64,000 bases of DNA, taken from positions 5,022,001-5,086,000 of the forward strand of contig OZ218951.1 in assembly GCA_965112735.1 (NCBI GenBank), given 5' to 3'. Below are positions 1-12,740 of this stretch, one piece after another (within the stretch, counting starts at the first letter, position 1; every line of letters begins with the position of its first letter). Position numbers and translations under genes: made by a program. The notes below the pieces were generated by a model. The model was not told the origin of the DNA and did no database searches. It worked only from the letters and a program-made list of their open reading frames with translations. This DNA comes from Phaeosaccion multiseriatum. Taxonomy: Eukaryota; Protista; Ochrophyta, other classes.

Positions 1-1351
1 GCTTTTGCCTCTGATTCTTTGCCTTTAGGCACAGGGAACACACGAATTTGAGCTTCTTGAGTGCAGACTGAAGCGAGATTGGAGGAGAGAGATGGCAGTG
101 GAGGGGCGTCGGAAGGGAGGGGAGGGAGCGGGCCGACATGCGAGACAAAGCAGGGGGAAGCGGGTTTAATCCAGGAAGGGGGGGAACAGAACAAGAAATT
201 GAAATGAAATAGTGGGCACTAAAGAGCGAGTTGCAGCAAGGATGGCTCTGCAACAGGGGAGGGGTGTTAGTCTTGCGTCTGACTGTCTATCTTCTGTGCG
301 TCTGGTCTCTATCGCTCCTGCTTGAAGTATCTTCCTGCCTCCTTCCTCCTCGTGCCTCTTTCTCTCTCTCTCTCTGGCCCCTCCCCGCCCCTCCCCTCCC
401 CTCCATCCCTCCCTGTCCGTCCGTTCGGCTTACCTCCTGCTTCTGCTCCTCCGTGAGCTCGAGGCCGCAGCACTCGGGATGGAATTTACCATTACAACCG
501 CCCGTAGCGTCTGCGCACGCCACCAAAAGGCCTGAACCACCGCCGGATGGGAGGGTGGGCGGGGGTGGGGGTGGGTGTGAGGGGAAGGAGCAGAGTTTAG
601 CTCAGCAAACAGCGAATGGCGGTATGTGGAAATGACAAACCACATTCCGGCGATCGGAGAGGATATGAAAGGTGCATTCCTGTGTGCGCATGGGGAGGAA
701 GCTCGGGAGCGCTGCGAATGGCGGACACTGATGGCAGAGGTTGCATAGTTCAGACCTTCCAGCAGAGCACCAACAACACCACCAGCTCCTCCTCCTCCTC
801 CTCTTCGAGTGGCTTCCTTCGAGGGGCGACACTCGCTTCTGACCAAGGCAAGCAAGACAACATGCATGATGCCTCCGCTGGCGTGTCCGCTAGCCCCTTT
901 CCTTCTTCCCTTCCCCATTCTTCAAGTGTGCTGCTGCTACTGGTGATGAACAGCTTCCGAGTCCACACCAGCAGCCCTAACTCCCTCAATTTTCTTCCCC
1001 CCTCACTGACTCACCCGTTTTCTTCCCCTGACAAACGCAGACCTTCTCCTGCTGTTGCTGCTCCTTCGTCCTGCCCTGCTGCTGGCGCTTGCTGCTCCTC
1101 CTGCCGTCACTCTGGCCTGGCGTCTCGGCACTCGAAGCAGCAGAGGCCGCAGCAGGAGCTACTTTCTCACCACCAGCACTCCCGCTGCCGCTGCTGTCTC
1201 CGTCTGGCTGACCACTCTTTGCAGAAGCGGGCTTTCGGCCCCTCTTTTTACCGGCGCTCCTGCTGGTGCCGGCGCTGCCGCCGCTGCTGCCACTGTTGCA
1301 GTTGCTGTTGGCCGCAGCAGCACCAGAAGCAGCCGAAGCAGTGGGCACCAT
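1..1351 (-). CDS. PHD-finger protein, 3' part runs off the window start
   Basis: Joining minus-strand exons ~1351-1015, 531-434 and 67-1 at GT-AG sites gives KVCVCQGKKTGLLVACADATGGCNGKFHPECCGLELTEEQKQESALKKLKFVCSLC, a complete C4-H-C3 PHD pattern. The start codon is uncertain. Confidence 0.75.
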
Positions 1352-1859
1352 GCCCCCCGGGCGCGATATCGCGCAGACTGCCCTGCCTCCCAACCCCTTA
1401 CCTACTTTCCCCCACCCTGCACCGTCCGCCTTTCTCTAATTCCGGCCTTTTAGCAGGAGGCTTTTTTTTTCCAAAGGCGAAAGATATTGGCCCCAAGCCG
1501 GGGCAGTCTCTACGAGTGCGCCTTGCGATGCACCCCCTTCCGCCACCCCTTAGCCCTGGCCGTAGTCCTTTCAACTCTTGCGCACAACTACACCCCTTGC
1601 ATCCTACCTTAGCCCTCTAAATAATCCCCACGGGGAGGGGCAACTCTTCCAACACGTAAGCTTACGTAGCGCCAGCAATTTCTCCCCTCGCCTGACATCG
1701 CAAACAAGAGAGAGAGGAGAAGAGGGGAGACAATAGCGTGGTAGCTACGTAGAACTGCTGCTTGCTGTTGCTCTTCTTTCTGCCCGCCGCGCTCAGTCGC
1801 ATAGTATTGCCTCAGAGGGAGCGAATTGGCCACGGGAGAGCATCGATCTATCGAGCAGG

Positions 1860-2348
1860 ATGGTCTTCGGTGGGCAGGACGCATGGAGGAGGCATCCGAT
1901 GCTGACCAAGTGTGCCAATAGGCCTTTCCCCATGCTGGGGACCGCAGTGGTTATCTTCGGCGGCTACATGATCATCGACTACGTTGCGAACAAGGCATTG
2001 GCCGAAGGTGGGGAGCAAAAGTTGTGGGGGGGGGGGGGGGGGTGGATTGTAGAGGGGAGGGGGGTGGCGTGGAATGATAGAGACAAGGGCACACACAAAT
2101 CTGGCTCTGTGCTGTGCTGTGCTGTGCTATGCTGTGCTGTGCTGTGTTGTGCTGTGTTGCTCTTTGAACAATATGAGCTTACGTGCTTCCTTCCTCCCTC
2201 AACTCACAACACATGTCCCTTCCCCGTCCCCACCCCTCCCCTCCGCTTTCTTGCAGAGCAATACTTCAAACCCATCAAGTTTAAGGAGGGATCACCTGGA
2301 GAAGGCCCAGAACGAGCGACTCCATCACACGCAGCCGACCACCACTGA
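1860..2348 (+). CDS. NDUFB3: NADH:ubiquinone oxidoreductase B12 (NDUFB3)-like subunit, 2 exons (1860-2007, 2257-2348)
   Basis: DAWRRHPML...PFPMLGTAVVIFGGYMIIDY matches the fungal/protist B12 subunit pattern with one TM helix. The GT-AG intron is phase 1 and the protein ends in a His-containing tail. Confidence 0.75.
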   Translation: MVFGGQDAWRRHPMLTKCANRPFPMLGTAVVIFGGYMIIDYVANKALAEGGEQKLWGGGGGWIVEGRGVAWNDRDKGTHKSGSVLCCAVLCCAVLCCAVLLFEQYELTCFLPPSTHNTCPFPVPTPPLRFLAEQYFKPIKFKEGSPGEGPERATPSHAADHH

Positions 2349-3719
2349 AGAGAGAGAGAGAGAGAGAGGCCCGTAGTATGAAAACAGCAGCAGCAGCGGC
2401 AGCAGCGGCAGCAGCAGCAGCAGCAGCCGACCGCACGATTGGTAAGGGTGGGTTGGCGGTTCTCTGCTGCCGGGGCAGGGAGGAATGGAGGGAGGGATGA
2501 AAGGGTTAGGAGGGATACGCGGAGGAGCACCGGTCATGGGGGAAGCAGCAGCAATTGGTGATGCAGCACGTGCTCTTTCTTTGACTATGCTTTGACGAAG
2601 CTTGACTTCTCAGTTAGTGTCAGGGGATCAACGAGGAAGCCACGAAAGGGGGCGAAAGGGAAGGCAGAGAGGGGAAAGCGTGTGTGCAGAGCGCAGATTT
2701 GTGGCTGCTCCCCTCACTTGTCTGCCCCATTGTCTGCCCCAACCCCCCTCTCCACAGAGCGTAGCAGTGGTCTTTTCTTTCACCAGCGCAAGGAGCGAAA
2801 CAATGAGAGTGTATGCCAGCCAGAGGCGTTTAGAGGCCTGACCTCCAGACTCAGCTGGTTTGACCATTGGATCGAAGCTCGGCAGGGAGGGGGGGAGGCT
2901 GCTGGTGACTGGCGGGGGTGAGGGGCCAAAAGGAAGAGAAGGGATGAGAGATGTTCCGTGGTCGGTGCTTCCATTTAAGCCGGAGGGCGGCGGCGGGGGG
3001 GCAGTGGAGCGAAGGAGGGATGTGAATATGGGGAGGAATAGAAAACTGAGAGAGCGGGAATGGGGGGTGGGGCTTTTCTCATCGAGGAGGTGAGATGGAA
3101 GCAATTTAATAACATCTCCTTCTCCTTCTCACTTCATCCATATCTTCATTTGATCAAAGAGAGAAGCAGCAAATGGGCTCAAAAGCATGTGAGCAAGTTC
3201 TCCTTCTCTATAGGGAGAGGAGAGGAATTAGCAGCCCAGCCTCCAGTCTGCTGAACCATTCCAAGACCATTCCCAACGCACTGTTCTGTTCTCTCGGATG
3301 AACTCTCCGTCCGAGGTGCTGCTGCTACTACTGCTGCTTCTACTGCTGCTAGTATTGACTGCTGTTTAGCCTGCCTCTCTCTCTCTCTCTTTCTCTCGCC
3401 GTCGCTCCCTCCTCCCTCCCTTCCCCCCCAGCCCCGCATTACGTACGCACAATGACGCACCATTTTCCTCTCCGAATCGATATCGATATATACATCGACA
3501 AGAGAATGCATCCATCAACAACCTTGTCATCGACCATGAAATCCTCTGTACATCGAGAAAATCCCTCCCTTCCTCTGTGTGATATCCTTGCAATTATAGA
3601 AGGGATTTAATCGCCCTACAGCTACCCTACCCGTTGAGGCAAACACCGGGGCGGCGGGGGCAAGCACCGGAGGGCGGTGAAGAAGGTGGACAACCAACAT
3701 GCCAACACGTCCAGTATTA

Positions 3720-5171
3720 CTACTTCTTGCCGCCACCAAAGCCTCCGAAGCCCATCATTGCCATCATGGCACTATCTTCCTCCCCTCCCTCCTCCTCCTC
3801 CCCTCCACCTCCTCCTCCTCGTTCCTTCTCCTTCGCACCCCCCCCCCCCCTTCTTGCTCTTCTTGGCCGCCTTCCTTGCGTCCTTTATCGCCTGCACCCT
3901 CTTCTCCTCCTCTTCCTCGGCCCGCTTGAGCTTCTCTTCATACGCCTTGAGCTCGTCCTCCTCAGAACTGATTTTGGGCCTCTTCCTCCTCGCTTCCTCC
4001 TCCTCTTTCCGCCGATTGCCCGCCTCTAACCGATCCTTCACCTGAGCCACACAGACACACACACAAATACATAAACACACACAGATTGAATGATTGATTG
4101 ACAACCGTTGGGAAAGGAAGGGAAGGGGACGCTGCCAAGTGAGTACCGAAGACACACACAAGCATACGTAAGATTAACCGGGAAAGGTTGTGTGTGCGCC
4201 TCGCTCAACGGACTGAAAGGTAAGAAGGGTCTAGCAATAGCATCATCGAAATCGAAAGCCATACTCTCTTCCCCCTCTTCCCTAATCTGTCGTTCCCTCA
4301 CACATCCGCCCTCCCTCTCTCCCCCTCCCTCCCTCCCCTCTCCCTCCGTCTCTCCCCCCCCCCCCCCCTCCCTCCCTCCCTCCCTCCAACGAACACACCT
4401 GCTGTGTGGTGGACCTCTCTACCCGCATGCTAAAGCCCAAGGTCCTTTGATGCTTCTTGCCATTGATGTGGTCCAGATACGCCATGGAATCTTTTAACAC
4501 GCACTGACACACATCGCAAAAGTAACCCCCTGCTGCCGTCTGGGCCATTGCGCTAGTGACTAAGTTGGACTTGTTGAGTTTACTTTTGAGGTCTACATCT
4601 TCTCTTCGGTGGTGGAGGTATGACCGGGCGGATCCCGCGGGGCCTGAACGGGAGAGAGAGAAGGGCGGGGGAGGGTCGGAGCCACCAGGGGGAGGGTGAG
4701 AGGGAGAGAGACGAGAGGGGGGGGCGAAAAAGAAGAGAGAGGCAGACACAGAAACAAGAGAGATTATCCCCATCAACGGTGGAGGACAGAAGGGTAGGGA
4801 GAGCGGGAAATGTAGCTTGTAACCCCACACCTTCGCCCTACTCTGCTCCCTGCCTCTCTCCCTCCCTCCCTCCCCGCTCCCCGTGCTTCACCACGCCACA
4901 CTTCTATCACTCACTACTCGACTACTTACTCACCTATGGCTCCTTGCTCCGCCTTCTCGAACTCCTGCTTCTTTCGCGTGATCCTATCGGCGACCGACTC
5001 CTCCTCTTCGTCCGAGCCCCTTTCTGCTCTCTCCTGCGCCTTCTTGGCATACTCTTCCGTGTCCCACTGGCGTCTATCTACTTGATTCACAGCCTTGAAA
5101 CCACGCACATCGCTCTTGCTGCTGCTGCCGCTGCCGCCGCCGCCGTCATCTGTCTTGTCGGATGAAGACAT
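3720..5171 (-). CDS. ZMAT2: Zinc finger matrin-type protein 2 / Snu23 (U4/U6.U5 tri-snRNP), 3 exons
   Basis: RRQWDTEEY, GGYFCDVCQCVLKDSMAYLDHINGKKHQRTLGFSMRVERST and C-terminal MAMMGFGGFGGGKK*. Exons ~5171-4934, 4643-4399, 4041-3720. There is an apparent frameshift in the C13 run at 3838-3850. Confidence 0.93.
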
Positions 5172-5900
5172 TGCTTCCCTATGTGCGATTAATGACGACC
5201 CTACACTCTCTCCCCCCGTCCAGAGCCTTGTGGCGGCGGTCTTTTATTGCCTCTCCCTCACTGCTCTGCGTCTACTTCTGGTAGGGTGATCGTGGTGCTG
5301 GTAGCTGGGCACTCGCCCCACTCCTGCAGCCGCAGGGCTGCCACAGCTCTGAGCTTTCCGTCAAACGCGAAGGACCGGGCGAACGAGTGTTTGTGTTTGT
5401 CGAGTCAGTGCGAGATACGAGAGAGAGGAGAGAGGGGGAGAGAGAGAGAATATAGAGAGATAGATTGAGAGGAGAGGGAGGGAAGGGGGAGGGAGAGGGT
5501 GGAAAAGAGAGGAGTCAGAGAGAGATAGAGAAAGAGAGAGAGAGAGACAGAGAGAGAGAGGAGAGAGGAGAAGATATGCGAGAGGGAGGGAGGGAGGGAG
5601 ATCAAAGAGAGAGAGACAAAAGAGAGGGGAGAGAGAGATGAGAGAGAGCCAGCGCGCCTCGGGAGCGGTACCAGAGTGCTTGGAAGAAAAGTCGAAGAGC
5701 AATTCCTCACTTCAGTTGTTAGTCCTCCTCTGTCCTCCTCTGCTGCTGCTTATGCCTGCTTTGCAGCAGCTCGAAAAGGGGTGAGGGATCAGGGATTGTT
5801 GGGAGGGAAGAGAGAATTGCCCCAGGCCCAAGCAATGCTGGTGAGAGAGAAGGGGGGAGGACCGAGAAGGATCATCCAACAACCCATCGTTTACGCCAAG

Positions 5901-6139
5901 ATGCACTCCTTCATTGAGTTGGTGTGTTTCCTCTCCTTGCTCGCCTGTGCGCAGGCCTTCACCTGTTTGCTGCACACCAGCAGGCTCAGGACCTTCCGAA
6001 CCGGCGTGAAGCCAACAAGTCATAGTCGCAGTGGATCGTCCCCCTCTCTTCAGATGAAGGACTCCAGCACGGTGGGGTTCTACAAAGTGGGAGATAGAGT
6101 CATCGTCACCGAGGAGCTCTACTCCCGAGTACCGCGGCT

Positions 6140-6185
<46 letters not shown>

Positions 6186-6425
6186 GAGGAGGAGCAGGAG
6201 CACCCGGTGGAGGAGGAAGCCGTATCTTTAAACACAAAGGGCCTGGAGGGCGAGGTGGTGGCGCTTTGGGAGAAATGCGAAGTGGACCCGACTTGTTGCT
6301 GCGCAGAATTGGCTTTCGATGCGCCCATCACGGTCCGCATGGACGCAGGAAGCTCCTACGGCTCCTTCCTCGCGTACTATGCGGAAGACGAGTTGCTCGT
6401 GCTGCGAGATGGAGACAAGTCATGA
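5901..6425 (+). CDS. Plastid-targeted ferredoxin-thioredoxin reductase variable-chain-like protein (SH3-like fold) with poly-Q insert
   Basis: Signal peptide ending AQA|F followed by a S/T/R-rich transit stretch; YKVGDRVIV...LNTKGLEGEVV...PITVRM...AYYAEDEL resembles FTR variable subunits. Confidence 0.65.
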
Positions 6426-6554
6426 GCGAATCCTTGACAAGCCTTGACATGCGAAGCAGGCGGAGGCGGAGGCGGAGGAGGAGGAGGAGGAGGAGGAGGA
6501 GGACCAGTTGAGGAGCGCACACGCGGTTGCATCTGCTCAGCTCAGCTCAGATTG

Positions 6555-7330
6555 GCTGGCGCGAAGGTGAATTGGGCGAGTGGGAGAGGGCGCACGGCAC
6601 TCCATCTAGCCTCATATGGAGGGCATGAAAGATAGTGCAGCAACTGGCTACTGTCAGCCGGCACGGAGGTCGAACAGACAGATTTGAAAGGCGGCTCAGC
6701 CCTGCGCGTTGCCTCCCGGAACGGACAGACATCACGCGGTGGTGCAGCAGCTGCTGTCGGCTGGCACTGATCCCGACCACGTGAATGACAGAGATGTTGA
6801 AGGCCGCACCCCCTTAGTGAACGATACAATGCGGGAAACGGCTGAATACATTCTCCACGAGAGTGGTGATGGCAGCTGATGGTAGCTCATCACAGCCCAT
6901 GGGCAGAGAGGAATTCGTTTGCTCCAGGCGTCTTCCGCAGGACGCCGAAGCATTGTGTGCAAGCTGCTGAGGGCTGGTGCAGCAGTGAATGCGGTCAGTG
7001 CTGGCGACGCTTCGCTTGGCATCTCAGGAAAGTCATGCTCGTGTCGTGGAGGAACTCATCTGCTTGAGTACTGAGGAGGCTACACGAAAGAAGCTGCTGC
7101 CAGGGAAAGCTTCACTGGCAACGGCTCTGACAAGAACACGAGAGCTAAGCGATGCAGGGATCTGTAGTGAATTCCTCCCGGCTGCGGACAGGCAGCACTT
7201 TGCGTCCCAAAGCGCGTTGGACCTGATGCGGGGCACTGACCGTCTCTTTGGCAAGGAAGGGAGGCTGAAGGTGTCGCAGAGAGAGCTTAGCCCTGAGGTG
7301 CTGCAGGAGGTGGCGGAGGAGATGGCATGA
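6555..7330 (+). pseudogene. 5'-truncated, frameshifted ankyrin-repeat gene of the same family as 26315-28023 and 34781-36576
   Basis: AGAKVNWASGRGRTALHLASYGGHER is followed by frameshifts and stops, fragments such as HARVVEELI, and the intact family tail DRQHFASQSALDLMRGTDRLFGKEGRLKVSQRELSPEVLQEVAEEMA*. Confidence 0.85.
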
Positions 7331-7423
7331 CAAGCTCACTACGTACACTGTCGGGGAGGAAAGCGGGCCGTTTCGAGCTAGTCAGTCACACGCAGTCGAG
7401 CAGAGGGAGGCTGGAAGATGCAG

Positions 7424-7521
7424 TCAACCCCTGACGCACTATCCGCTATCCGCTATCGCCGGCGCCAGCCGATCCGCTATTCCGCTATCGAGAATGTGGG
7501 CGATAGTGCGTCAGGGGTCGA
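7424..7521. mobile_element. MITE-like element (98 bp)
   Basis: Terminal inverted repeats TCAACCCCTGACGCACTATC / GATAGTGCGTCAGGGGTCGA, flanking direct repeat ATGCAG (7418-7423 and 7522-7527), and internal CCGCTAT repeats. Confidence 0.75.
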
Positions 7522-7827
7522 ATGCAGTGGTGGGGTGGGTGGGGCGGCGCCCCAATGGTTTGGGAGGTCAGAGCGAGGGGGGGGGGAGGTAGGAACATCG
7601 ACACCTTAGCCTCTTCACCAACAATGGCCCCGCCAAAGTGTACATTTCACAGTTCAGACTCCATTAAGAGAGAGAGGGAAAGGGGTTAAAAGAAAAGTCC
7701 CCCCACTTGAAACTGGACACTGAAACGTGTTCCCTCCCGGCCCAAGAAGAGGAGAACCCACAATTACATAGGCCCGTAGAGAAACCACAGAGATGCTTTG
7801 TTAGGAGGAGGAGGGGCAGGACAAGTC

Positions 7828-10800
7828 ATGGCTGCTCCCAGGGGCGGCAGCGGGGGCAATGGCTCTGCACTCAACCAATTTACGGGCATTGTTGGTGACA
7901 TGGAGGGTGCCGTGATTAGTCGGGGACAGGCTGCCCAAAGGAGTAGAAGGGGGGGGGCAGGAGTAGGAGGAGGAGGGTACAAACAGCGAGGGTTTGCAGG
8001 AGCTAGCAGAGGAGGCGGGATCTGCAGCTCCAGGGTAGGTGTGCTGGTGGTGGCGGGCGGAAGCTTCCTCCTCGGCTTCTGGGCGCTGCTGGTGTTCCGC
8101 TTCGTGGTTGACAACCCAGGGGCAAAGGTGAGTGTGTGAGGCGCGATATGCATTGACAAACTTAGCGTTGGGTAGAGAGAACAAGGAAGGGCGTTAAAGA
8201 GTGCGCAGATGTTGGATGGAAGCAGAGTCCCAGGGAACGGAAGGAAATGGGTGGGTACATGAAAGTGGTGAGACGGATAGGAGGGGGAGAACAGACAGTG
8301 TAGGCGGCGCTACTAGACCAGCTATCGTCGGGCCTCCCCTCCAGTCCTCGTGCACTGCCGCATTTTTGGTGTCGCTGTCGCTCTCGCTCTCGCTGTGGGC
8401 CGCATGCCACACCCCCCTTGCGAGAGTGACTGCGACGCTGCTTGGCGCAGCTCTGAATCACCGCCAAGCGAAGCACCTGCCATCGCTCTCCACTTGCCCA
8501 CACATCCCCTCCAATAGTCTTCACTTCCTCCCTCCCCCCCCCCCCGCTCTCCTTATCCCCTCTACTCCCGAAACGCCCCCCCCCCCCCCCGCCCATCCCC
8601 ACAGGACGGCCCCGAATCAAAGCCAGACACCCCGTCCCTAGGGGAGAAGGCTCCGATACCCCCCCTGGAGACTCTGCAGCAGCTTGTGGCCCTCGGAAAC
8701 CGCAGCCCTGCGGAACTGGCACGGCTGCTGAGCTCTTCTGACCCCTTTGGTGTCCTCATGGCCCACCCCGATGACTTTCAGTGTCCAAAGGCTCCTTCTC
8801 CGGCATTGGCAGTGCAGGGGGGCGTGGCACAAGCGGTAGCGAGCAGCACTGCCAACGACCATTTGCTGGCAGAGCCGAGAGACAAGCAGGCGCTCAGGAA
8901 TCGGGAGGCGGAGAGGGGTTTCAGGGAGGGAAAGGGCTTTATTTACTTTCAGCACTTGAGAAAGGCCGGTGGGACGGGCTTTTGCGACTTGGCGTCGAGG
9001 TGGGTGAGAGGGAGGGGGAGAAGAGGGGGTGGAGAGGGAAAGGAGAGGAGAGGAGAGGGGAAGGGAGGGACAGGAGATGTAGAGGAGATGTAGAGGAGAT
9101 GAGAGAAGAGGGGAAGAGAGGAGGGGAGAGGAGAGGGGACGAGAGGAGAGGAGAGGGGAAGAGAGGAGAGGGAAAGGAGAGGAGATGCGAGAAGAGGAAA
9201 GGGAAAGGAGAGGAGAGGAGTGGAGAGCAATTGGTGATACGGTGGATTGATTGAGTGGGTGAGGGTTAAACTTTTGTGACTTGGCCTCGAGATGAGAAGG
9301 GGAGGCAATGGGAATACGGTTTGTTGGATTGACTTTGATTGAGTTACCCTGACGAAAAATCTGAAACTGGAACTACCTCCCTCCCTCCCTCCCTCCCTCC
9401 ATACCTGTCTACCTACCTACCTACCTCCCGCCCTCCCTCCCTCTCTCCACGCTGGCTGTTGCCTTTCTCGCACACCTCCTCCTCCTCCTCCTCCTCCTCC
9501 TCCACCACCACCACCACCACCCCCTCCCTCCCCATGCAGAAACATGGCCAAAAGCGAGGTACCCCGCTACTACTGCATGCCCGACAACAAAGGTGCCATG
9601 GCCACACCCCCCTGGTCCGAGCCCGCCTACCTCGTTGACACTCTCAAGGGCAAAGGACATCGTATCACTTCCAACGAATGGGACGCCTTCCCTGCTTCTC
9701 ACCTCAGTATGGCTCCGCCAGACGCGGGTGGGGCGGTCTTTGCCACTTCCATGCGGGACCCAGTGGAACGGTGGTACTCACAGTACCGCTTTGAGCACCT
9801 TGAGGGCCGGGATGGGAGCAATAAGAAGGAGGGTGACCTTACACCCAAGCGACCCTTTGGAAAGTGGTATAGGGGGATTAGACCCGGCAGCATGGGGGAT
9901 AACTATTACGTCAAGACGTTCAACGGGTTGGAGAACCCGCCAAAGGAGGAGCTTATGAAGATGAAGGCTCCCAATGGGGTGAGTGGAGTGGAGTGGAGTG
10001 GAATGAAGTGCGTAGAGTGAGGTGGGGAGTGGAGTGGGGTATCTTTTGTGTATGAATCCTCCTCCTCCTCCTCCTCCTCCTCCTCCTCCTCATCCTCATC
10101 CTCATCCTCCTCATCCTCATCCTCCTCCTCCTCCTCCTCCCTCCTGTTTTTGTCTTTTTATATGTGTGTAGAAGCTAAAGGTGGAGCAGTCGCTGTACTG
10201 GAGCTACCACAAGTTCGGGCCGTGGAAGGAGCATGTCCGGTGGGAGGACTTCCTGAGCGCTGTGCAGGTGATGGAATGGGTGGAGGGCATTATGCGTGCA
10301 GCACAAGCACCTTGTTATAGTTTCAGTTTCGGTTTCATTTTGTTTCCTCTCTGCGCAACCAAATCACTTTACGCCCTCTGTGGAAGGAAGAAGGGACCAA
10401 GCAATGATAATGCCATGCATTGCCACCCCACCCACACCCACCCACCGACCCACCCGCACTTCTTCCGATCCACCCACCCATACACACATACCCACCCGCT
10501 GTTCTGACACACACTTAGGTGATGCATCACTTCAACGTGATTCTCATCCTCGAGTTTATCGACCACTCAGTCCCCATGCTGAACACTCTCCTTGGGTGGC
10601 ACGAGAAGCCCCAGCAGGTTGGTGGGTTGGTCAGCACGTGCACCTATCTACTTTGGCTCCGCGCCTATCCCCCCCCCCCTCTCTCTCTCTCTCTGTGTGT
10701 TAGTGCGTGTGCAATGTACCGGTGCCTGCTTACATGGTTTCCGTCTATTTTCTCAGTGCCCCGCAGTGGGCGCTCTCTCTTGTGTTGTTTTGCTCTCTTT

Positions 10801-11264
10801 CACGGCCTCTGAGAGCACCCCCTTCCCTTCCCTGCGAAGATTTCCCCCACCCCGACACCCATCCCAAACCCCCCCACCCCCCTTTTCGCCGAACGTCTCA
10901 CTCCTTTCTTCTTTCTTCTTGACCACTAACACTAGCTACCACATCAACATCAACCACTCTCTCTCTCTCTCTCACACTACCTCTAGCCTCTTTGAGCACC
11001 ACACCGAAACACCATATCAACTCACACACTTTCTCTCTTGACCTCAACTCGCTAACTGCCATTGTGTCTCACTCTCTCACCCCCAAGGTTCTGCCGCACG
11101 AGAAGCAAGCCAGCAGAGAGGTTAAAAAGAGCAGAAAGGCGCGGGAAAACATGGATGACGAGGAGTGGAAGCTCATCACGGAATCCAACGCCTTTGATAC
11201 GCTCTTCTACCATTGGACGAGAAGGATTTACCTCGAGCGGAGGAACTGCCAGCAGCAGCAGTAG
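7828..11264 (+). CDS. Type II membrane (Golgi) sulfotransferase family protein, ~6 exons
   Basis: N-terminal TM helix (VLVVAGGSFLLGFWALLVFRFVV), 5'-PSB motif FIYFQHLRKAGGT and 3'-PB motif TSMRDPVERWYSQY, with C-terminal NAFDTLFYHW. Exons join in frame at GT-AG sites. Confidence 0.85.
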
Positions 11265-12740
11265 GAGGAACAGTTGGTGATACAGCAGCAGCGGTATCGG
11301 TTTGTGATACAGCAGCAGCAAGCAACAACAGTCGCAGTTGGTGATACAGCAGCAGCAGCAGCAGGTCTTGCCTTTGCCCTTGCCCGTGGGGGACAGGTCC
11401 AGCCGATATCGTAGGGAGGGAGGAGGGGGACGTTACCAGAGGTGGACAGGGCTGACGTCAGATTCAGGGGTGGTGGCAAACAGGTGCGGGCAGAGGCCTG
11501 GATGCTCGGATGCTCAGTCTCTCACTCACTTCATGAGCCGAGCCGCATGAGCCAAGCGCTGTGCTGATATTGCGCAATTATTGCCAATATCAGTAGAGTC
11601 TACCACGCTTCTACCCACCCCACGTGGGGTGTGCTGGGCCCGTCGCCGCTCCTCCTATAAGCCAGCCGCAGCAGAGCAGTTGGTGATACAGCTGAGGCAG
11701 CACCAGTTTAGGGATACAGCAACAGCAACAGCAGCAGCAGCGTCAGCGGAGCTCTCCGGCGACGGTGGCGGCATACTTCTGGCTGCTGCTGCTGCTGCGG
11801 CTCTGCGGCAGACGAGAGTGCTTCAAGCAAGCCGTGATGAACCAGTCGTGCGTCAGTGACGCGTACCAAGCAGAAGTTGATGATACGGAGAACCAGCAAG
11901 GAGGAGTCACAGCAAGAGTACTCAGTGGCTTCTTTGGCCTCCCTCCCTCGCCGCCCTCTCGGGCCATGGCGGTTTCGATGATGAGTGAACACGTTTGGAG
12001 CATAGCCGAGCTGTCTCTCTCTGTCTGTCTCTGTCTCTCTCTCTCTCTCCCTCTCTCTGTGTTTGTCTGTTCCTCTCTCTCTATCTGTTTCTCTGTCCTT
12101 CTATCTGTTTCTCTCTCTCTGTCTGTTTTTTTGTCTGTCTGTTTCTCTCTCTGTCTGTCTGTCTGTATGTCTGTCTGTTTCTCTCTCTGACCAGAGTGAA
12201 GCTTGTGAGTCTGTAGTGAGGGATTGCCGCGTTATGCGGCACGTCAGCGTGTCTGGTGAAGGGGCGAATGAGGGGCAACGCTGCCGCTGTGCGTCACCCC
12301 CTCCCATAAGAAGAGTACACAAGAGACAGGGAGAGGAGAAATGAGAGAGATGGGAGAGAGGGAGGGAGGGGAGAAGAAGGAGAAGCGGCAATTTAACGTA
12401 ACCTCCCCAATGGAGTTGGGGCGTACTGTAATGAACAATTAGACAGGTATGGAGGACCTTGCCTCTGGTGTCTGTCGTCCTATCTCAGCTCATCCCATGT
12501 GGTCTTGTAGGGGGGTCTCGAGCGGCCCATCTTCCATCATGTGGTTGGGGTCAGGACAGGAGAGAGAACCCTTACGTATGAATACCTACGGTATGAGAAC
12601 GAGGGACATGGACAAGCGGGGGCCAATCGAGGACATGCAAGCCTCTAACACCCATTTCACGCACAAGGAGGGAGAGAAATAAGTGAAGTAAGTCATTAAA
12701 TAATGTCCTGAATCGAGAACCTTAAGTAACCTCACTTAGC

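Noticed and set aside
616-1620. 334-aa plus-strand ORF
   Set aside because: It is the antisense shadow of the PHD gene exon and intron, with low complexity and no motif.
11271-11890. Clustered AGTTGGTGATACAGC copies as a CRISPR-like array
   Set aside because: The repeat is too short, spacing is irregular and the intervening DNA is mostly CAG microsatellite. It is kept only as a dispersed-motif finding.
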